Shown: positions 59,330 through 64,000 of the stretch, one piece after another | Layout of the letters: every line of letters begins with the position of its first letter | Numbering within the stretch: position 1 is the first letter of the stretch | Source: Acholeplasmataceae bacterium | Lineage (GTDB): Bacteria > Bacillota_I > Bacilli_A > Acholeplasmatales > Acholeplasmataceae | Reading direction: 5' to 3' | Assembly (NCBI GenBank): GCA_963667565.1 | Contig: OY763415.1 | Span: forward strand, 352,001-416,000 | DNA: 64,000 nucleotides | Made by a program: the position numbers and the translations under genes | The notes under the pieces: model-generated | The model's input: only the letters and a program-made list of their open reading frames with translations | What the model was told of the DNA's origin: nothing | Database searches by the model: none

Positions 59330-60637
59330 ATGAAATTAATTAGAACATGTGAAAAAACAAATGAATGGTTAAAAGAAGTAAAAATTGAATCAAATGAAAC
59401 TTATAAAACACAAGAGATTATCGTAGATCTTAATCATAAACTACAAGAAATCATTGGATTTGGTGGTGCATTCACAGAAGCTGCCATCTATAATCTATCG
59501 CGAATTGATAAAGCGAAAAGAGATTTAGCTCTACGCGCTTATTTTGATCCTGTTGATGGACTTGGTTATACGATTGGTAGAGTCTCAATTCACGGATGTG
59601 ATTTTAGTTTAGGAAGTTACTTATATATTGATGATTATGATGACACATTAGAATCGTTTTCAATCAAAAGAGATTTACCTATCATTAAAACGATTAAAGA
59701 TGCATCTAAATATGCAAAACAAGATGTTAAAATTTTAGCTTCTCCATGGACACCTCCATTTTGGATGAAAGATAATAGTTCACCAATTAGAGGCGGTAAG
59801 TTATTACCTAAATATGATCAAACATGGGCAAACTATTTTGTTAAGTTTATTGAAAACTATCAAAAAGAAGGTATAGATGTATTTGCAGTGACTGTTCAAA
59901 ATGAGCCGATGGCTGCACAAAGATGGGATTCATGTATTTATGAAAATGAAGATGAACTTAGATTTGTAAAAGTTTTAGGTAAAACATTTGAAGACAAAAA
60001 ATTAGAAGATGTTAAAATCTATATTTGGGATCACAATAAAGATGTGATGCTAGAACGTGCAACAGCTGTCTTAAGTGATAAAGAAGCATATAAATATGTC
60101 TATGGAACAGCATTCCATTGGTATGATAATGAAATGTTTGATGAAGTAAGAAAGACGCATGAAGCATTTCCTGATAAACACTTACTCTTTACAGAGGGAT
60201 GTCAAGAAAATGGACCTCATTTTCATGAATTTAAAGTTGGAGAACGATATGGAAGAAATATCATTCATGATTTAAAAAACTTTAATGAAGGTTTTATCGA
60301 TTGGAATTTATTTTTAGATGATACAGGTGGACCTAATCATGTGAACAATTTATGTTCATCACCTGTGATGTTTAAAATATATCATGAAGAGGTTATTCAT
60401 AATCCTTCATACTATTTTATTGGACAATTTTCAAAATATATAAGACCAGGTGCGAAACAAATTTTATCAACTGGTGATCATGATATTTATTATGTTGTTT
60501 TTGAAAATAAAGATGGAAGCTTAGTTGTTGTCATGATGAATGAACAAGAAGAAGCTTATGAAATAACGATTAAAGGATTAAAAGAAGATATTAAAGTAAC
60601 GATATTACCACACAGCATTCAAACCTTATTAATTTAA
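59330..60637 (+). CDS. Glycoside hydrolase family 30
   Basis: GFGGAFT, ASPWTPP.WMK, QNEP (acid/base), HWY, FTEGC (nucleophile). Confidence 0.92.
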   Translation: MKLIRTCEKTNEWLKEVKIESNETYKTQEIIVDLNHKLQEIIGFGGAFTEAAIYNLSRIDKAKRDLALRAYFDPVDGLGYTIGRVSIHGCDFSLGSYLYIDDYDDTLESFSIKRDLPIIKTIKDASKYAKQDVKILASPWTPPFWMKDNSSPIRGGKLLPKYDQTWANYFVKFIENYQKEGIDVFAVTVQNEPMAAQRWDSCIYENEDELRFVKVLGKTFEDKKLEDVKIYIWDHNKDVMLERATAVLSDKEAYKYVYGTAFHWYDNEMFDEVRKTHEAFPDKHLLFTEGCQENGPHFHEFKVGERYGRNIIHDLKNFNEGFIDWNLFLDDTGGPNHVNNLCSSPVMFKIYHEEVIHNPSYYFIGQFSKYIRPGAKQILSTGDHDIYYVVFENKDGSLVVVMMNEQEEAYEITIKGLKEDIKVTILPHSIQTLLI

Positions 60638-60648
60638 TCATTTAAGAC

Positions 60649-60678
60649 AAGCACTTCTTGACTCAAGAGGTGCTTTTT
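60649..60678 (+). terminator. Intrinsic terminator
   Basis: AAGCACTTCTTG-act-CAAGAGGTGCTTTTT. Confidence 0.8.
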
Positions 60679-60711
60679 ATGTAAGCGATTTTATTTTTTT
60701 TAATAAAAGGC

Positions 60712-60760
60712 TTTACAAATTTTTTTAAAATTATATAATAGTTATAGGAAACCGATTTCT
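60712..60760 (+). promoter_or_regulatory. Promoter with LacI-type operator candidate
   Basis: TTTACA (60712-17), 16 bp, TATAAT (60734-39); GAAACCGATTTC at 60748-59. Confidence 0.55.
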
Positions 60761-60775
60761 TTGAGGTAAAATTTG

Positions 60776-63250
60776 ATGGCGATAAACAAAAAAATACAAC
60801 TAAATAAACATCATGGTTACTATTTTCCACTTTTTAATCGTTTGGGTATGAGAAGTTCTATTACTCCATATTTCCAAGGCGATTTAAAAACGGATCAACA
60901 TCACTATGCACTTGCTCCAATCTCTGAATTGGATTTATTTCATTTATCAACTTCAAGAAATGTTGTGTTTATGGTTGATGGGAAATCTTTTCATCTTAAT
61001 GGGTCTAGAGAAATTCAGCAACAAGATCAGTTAAGTGTCGAAGTTGATTTGCTCTACCAAAAAGTAACGAGAAAAAATGCGTTTAATCAAATTGAAGTTA
61101 CAAGTTTTGTCGCAAAAGACGAAATGATTGAATGCCATGAAATTATTTATACTAATTTAAGTGATGAAGTACAAACAGTTGATACAACAGTCGCTATTCC
61201 ACTTTATGGTAGAAGTGCTGATGTGATAAGAGATCATAGACATGTGACATCACTTTTAAATCAAATCGAAACCAACACATTTAGTGTATCAATGAAACCA
61301 ACATTATTATTTAATGAAAAGGGACATTTTACAAATCATACACATTATGCTGTGTTATCAAAATCAACACAAGCAAATATTGTTGGATTTATCCCTACAG
61401 TTGAGGATTATATTTTTGGTGGAACATATGAATATCCACAAGGATTAAATCATATTTATCCATCACACACAAAAATTGATGGTTATGAAGCTATGGGTGG
61501 TATAAAGTATGATGAAATTATACTAAAACCATCAGAAACTTTTAAATTTTATGTAGGTATCGCTATTTCAGAACATCAATTTGATGAAAACTCTTATGAT
61601 ACTTATTTAAATGAAGAAGGGTTTCACAAACATTTATTAGAAGCAAACAAGTCATTTGAATCCTATATTGATTTATTTGATTTTGAAATAGAAAACAATG
61701 AAACATCTAATCAATTAAGATGGGTTGCTCTTCAACCACTTCTTAGAAGATATTATGGCAATTCTTTCCTTCCTCATCATGATTATGGTCATGGTGGAAA
61801 AGGATGGCGCGATTTATGGCAAGATTTATTAGGTATGATCATGACCGGTGATAAGCAAGTCTTAGATTTGCTTTATGATAATTTTGCTGGTGTAAGAATT
61901 GATGGATCAAATGCAACCATTATTGGTGAAAAACCTGGTGAATTTATTGCAGACAGAAATTCAATTACGCGTGTTTGGTCAGATCATGGCGCTTGGCCAC
62001 TTTTGACTGTGAAAATGTACATTGATGAAACCAATGACTTAGATTTCTTGCTTAAAAAACAAACCTATTTCTTTGATCAATTCACGCATTATACACATCA
62101 AGTGAGAAAAGAAGATGTAAGACATCAAGACTATCAAGGGACACTTTTAGAGCATTTACTTTTACAAAATTTAGTTCCTATACATCATTTAGGTGCACAT
62201 GGTTATGTTAAATTAGAAGATGCTGATTGGAATGATGGTTTAGATATGGCAAAAGAGCATGGTGAAACCATTGCTTTTACGCACATGTATTTAAATAACC
62301 TTCGCATTTTAATTTCATTGATTGAAGCATTAGATGAAGAAACGTTTGAGTTATTTGATTCACTTCATATGCTACTTGAACCAACTGCAAAAATTGATCA
62401 TTTCTTTGATGAAGTTGAAACATTTAATGGTAAAGTCAAAAAGATTTCAAAAATGAAATTACTTGAAAAATTAGAGACTATTGTCAATCCTATGATTGAA
62501 TGGATCCAAAAAGAAGCATTCCAATATGATCGTTATGAAGCTTATTATAACGAAAAAGGTGAGCTTTTAGACCAAAAAGAAAATGTCAATCTAACAGGGC
62601 AAGCAATGGCATTGCTTTCACAAATTGCGACAGATGATCAAGCCATGAAATTAGCGATAAAAACAAAAGAAAAATTATTTGATGAGCACGTAGGTGGTTA
62701 TCATTTAAATTCTAGATATCATTCTCATATGGGTAGAGCATTTCAATTTGCATATAACCACAAAGAGAATGGGGCGATGTTTTCACACATGGCTGTGATG
62801 TATGCTTATGGCTTATATCAATATGATTTAGTTAATTTTGGTAGAGAAGCAGTCTTTACATTGCTCCACCAAGCACAAAAAGACGCATCAGATGTTTTAG
62901 TAGGTATTCCTGAATACTTTACTGAAAAAGGTGTGGGTAAATACAGTTACTTAACAGGTAGTGCAAGTTGGTTACTTAAATTAATAAGATCTGAAATATT
63001 TGGACTTTCATTTCATTTAGGAACGCTTACTTTAAAACCTAAACTAACAAAAGATGATTTTATTGATGGTCGTGCAAGTATTACAACAAAGATATTTAAT
63101 CAATTAACAAAAATAACTTATTATAATCCGAAAAATTTAGATGTTAATAAGTATCAAATCATAAAAATCAGCATGGATGGACAAGAAGTCCAAAATGAAT
63201 TTAGACATGTGAATGGAGATATTGAGGTATTTTTAGATGAAACTTTATGA
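60776..63250 (+). CDS. GH94 glycoside phosphorylase, probably laminaribiose phosphorylase
   Basis: HHDYG.GG.GWRDLWQD, DHGAWP, ADWNDG, HKENGA.F.H, LTGSASW; GH16/GH30 context. Confidence 0.8.
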   Translation: MAINKKIQLNKHHGYYFPLFNRLGMRSSITPYFQGDLKTDQHHYALAPISELDLFHLSTSRNVVFMVDGKSFHLNGSREIQQQDQLSVEVDLLYQKVTRKNAFNQIEVTSFVAKDEMIECHEIIYTNLSDEVQTVDTTVAIPLYGRSADVIRDHRHVTSLLNQIETNTFSVSMKPTLLFNEKGHFTNHTHYAVLSKSTQANIVGFIPTVEDYIFGGTYEYPQGLNHIYPSHTKIDGYEAMGGIKYDEIILKPSETFKFYVGIAISEHQFDENSYDTYLNEEGFHKHLLEANKSFESYIDLFDFEIENNETSNQLRWVALQPLLRRYYGNSFLPHHDYGHGGKGWRDLWQDLLGMIMTGDKQVLDLLYDNFAGVRIDGSNATIIGEKPGEFIADRNSITRVWSDHGAWPLLTVKMYIDETNDLDFLLKKQTYFFDQFTHYTHQVRKEDVRHQDYQGTLLEHLLLQNLVPIHHLGAHGYVKLEDADWNDGLDMAKEHGETIAFTHMYLNNLRILISLIEALDEETFELFDSLHMLLEPTAKIDHFFDEVETFNGKVKKISKMKLLEKLETIVNPMIEWIQKEAFQYDRYEAYYNEKGELLDQKENVNLTGQAMALLSQIATDDQAMKLAIKTKEKLFDEHVGGYHLNSRYHSHMGRAFQFAYNHKENGAMFSHMAVMYAYGLYQYDLVNFGREAVFTLLHQAQKDASDVLVGIPEYFTEKGVGKYSYLTGSASWLLKLIRSEIFGLSFHLGTLTLKPKLTKDDFIDGRASITTKIFNQLTKITYYNPKNLDVNKYQIIKISMDGQEVQNEFRHVNGDIEVFLDETL

Positions 63251-63638
63251 TCAATACGACTTTAATGGTCAAGGATATCAAAAATTATTTCATTTTAATA
63301 GTTGGAGAATTGCAGAACTTAAATATATCGAAGAAATTGATTCAAGTGATGTGAATTTTCTAGAATGTCATTTAGAAACAGATGAAGTCTTTGTTTTATT
63401 TGAAGGACATTGCGATATGTGGTTTTATCAAAACAATGAACCAGGATCAAAATTTGAAAAAATCAGTTTGAAAAAACATGATGTTTACAGAATCCCAAAA
63501 GGTGTTTATCATGCACATCGACTTAGCTTGGATGCGAAAATCTTACTCATTGAAGAAGAAAACACATCAGATGGTAATTCAGATCGCATCTATTTAAATG
63601 AAGATGAGATGAAACATGCAAGAGGTTTATTAAAATGA
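63237..63638 (+). CDS. Small cupin-like protein
   Basis: ECHLETDEVFVL.EG...IPKGVYH. Confidence 0.7.
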   Translation: MKLYDQYDFNGQGYQKLFHFNSWRIAELKYIEEIDSSDVNFLECHLETDEVFVLFEGHCDMWFYQNNEPGSKFEKISLKKHDVYRIPKGVYHAHRLSLDAKILLIEEENTSDGNSDRIYLNEDEMKHARGLLK

Positions 63639-64000
63639 CATATAAATTGTTATGGCAAGATGAATTTTTAAATGATGGCAAACCAGATGAAAACATTTGG
63701 ACACTTGAGACTGGTGGACATGGTTTTGGAAATAATGAAGAACAGTATTATACAACTCAAGAAAAAAATGCTTATGTTAAAGATGGTCTGTTACATATAG
63801 TTGCTATTAAAGAGGCTTATGAACATAGAAATTATACATCAGCAAAACTCATCACCAAAGGAAAACAAAAGGTTGGTTATGGGAAATTAGAAGTCATGGC
63901 AAAACTTCCTAAAGGACTGGGCACTTGGCCAGCGATTTGGCTTTTAGGTGATAACATCAATGAAGTGGGATGGCCGATGTGTGGTGAGATTGATCTGATG
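63635..64000 (+). CDS. Glycoside hydrolase family 16 laminarinase-type (5' part, truncated by window edge)
   Basis: MTYKLLWQDEF...GGHGFGNNEEQYYT...YTSAKL...GTWPAIWLL...WPMCGEIDLM. Not in the ORF track. Confidence 0.92.
   Translation, partial: MTYKLLWQDEFLNDGKPDENIWTLETGGHGFGNNEEQYYTTQEKNAYVKDGLLHIVAIKEAYEHRNYTSAKLITKGKQKVGYGKLEVMAKLPKGLGTWPAIWLLGDNINEVGWPMCGEIDLM

Noticed and set aside
1..64000. Genetic code 4 (TGA=Trp) as in mycoplasmas
   Set aside because: Conserved genes such as miaB and mutL end in TGA at expected lengths, and Trp is encoded by TGG.
28000..64000. Prophage, IS or integrative element
   Set aside because: No integrase, transposase, phage structural gene or tRNA attachment site recognised.

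Overview
AT-rich chromosomal segment that uses the standard bacterial code (TGA is a stop, TGG is Trp). Gene content and Bacillus-like synteny best fit an Acholeplasmatales-type mollicute (inference). Bases 1-28 kb are conserved core: rsfS, comEA-comEC-holA, rpsT, pgsA-recA, rny-ymdB-miaB-ricA, mutSL-miaA, aroK-aroQ-efp, rluB-cmk-rpsA-der-gpsA and HU. Bases 28-64 kb are mostly accessory or metabolic: an ankyrin protein, small ORFs bracketed by two identical 28-bp imperfect palindromes, a CAAX/CPBP protein, a helical-repeat/GAF-like/degenerate GGDEF-EAL protein coupled to an RxxxxxH (HEPN-like) protein, buk-ptb, queH, a DUF3578-DUF3883-like nuclease, a CAT-family acetyltransferase, BusR with an OpuA-type transporter, a Trp T-box with a lone trpB, an ars operon and a GH30-GH94-cupin-GH16 beta-glucan locus. 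I saw no rRNA, tRNA, CRISPR array, integrase or transposase. The best novelty candidates are the degenerate GGDEF-EAL plus HEPN-like pair, the 11-6-11 repeat-flanked module, and a membrane-anchored protein with three HeH/SAP-like repeats. All family calls come from motif recognition by eye, not from database searches.
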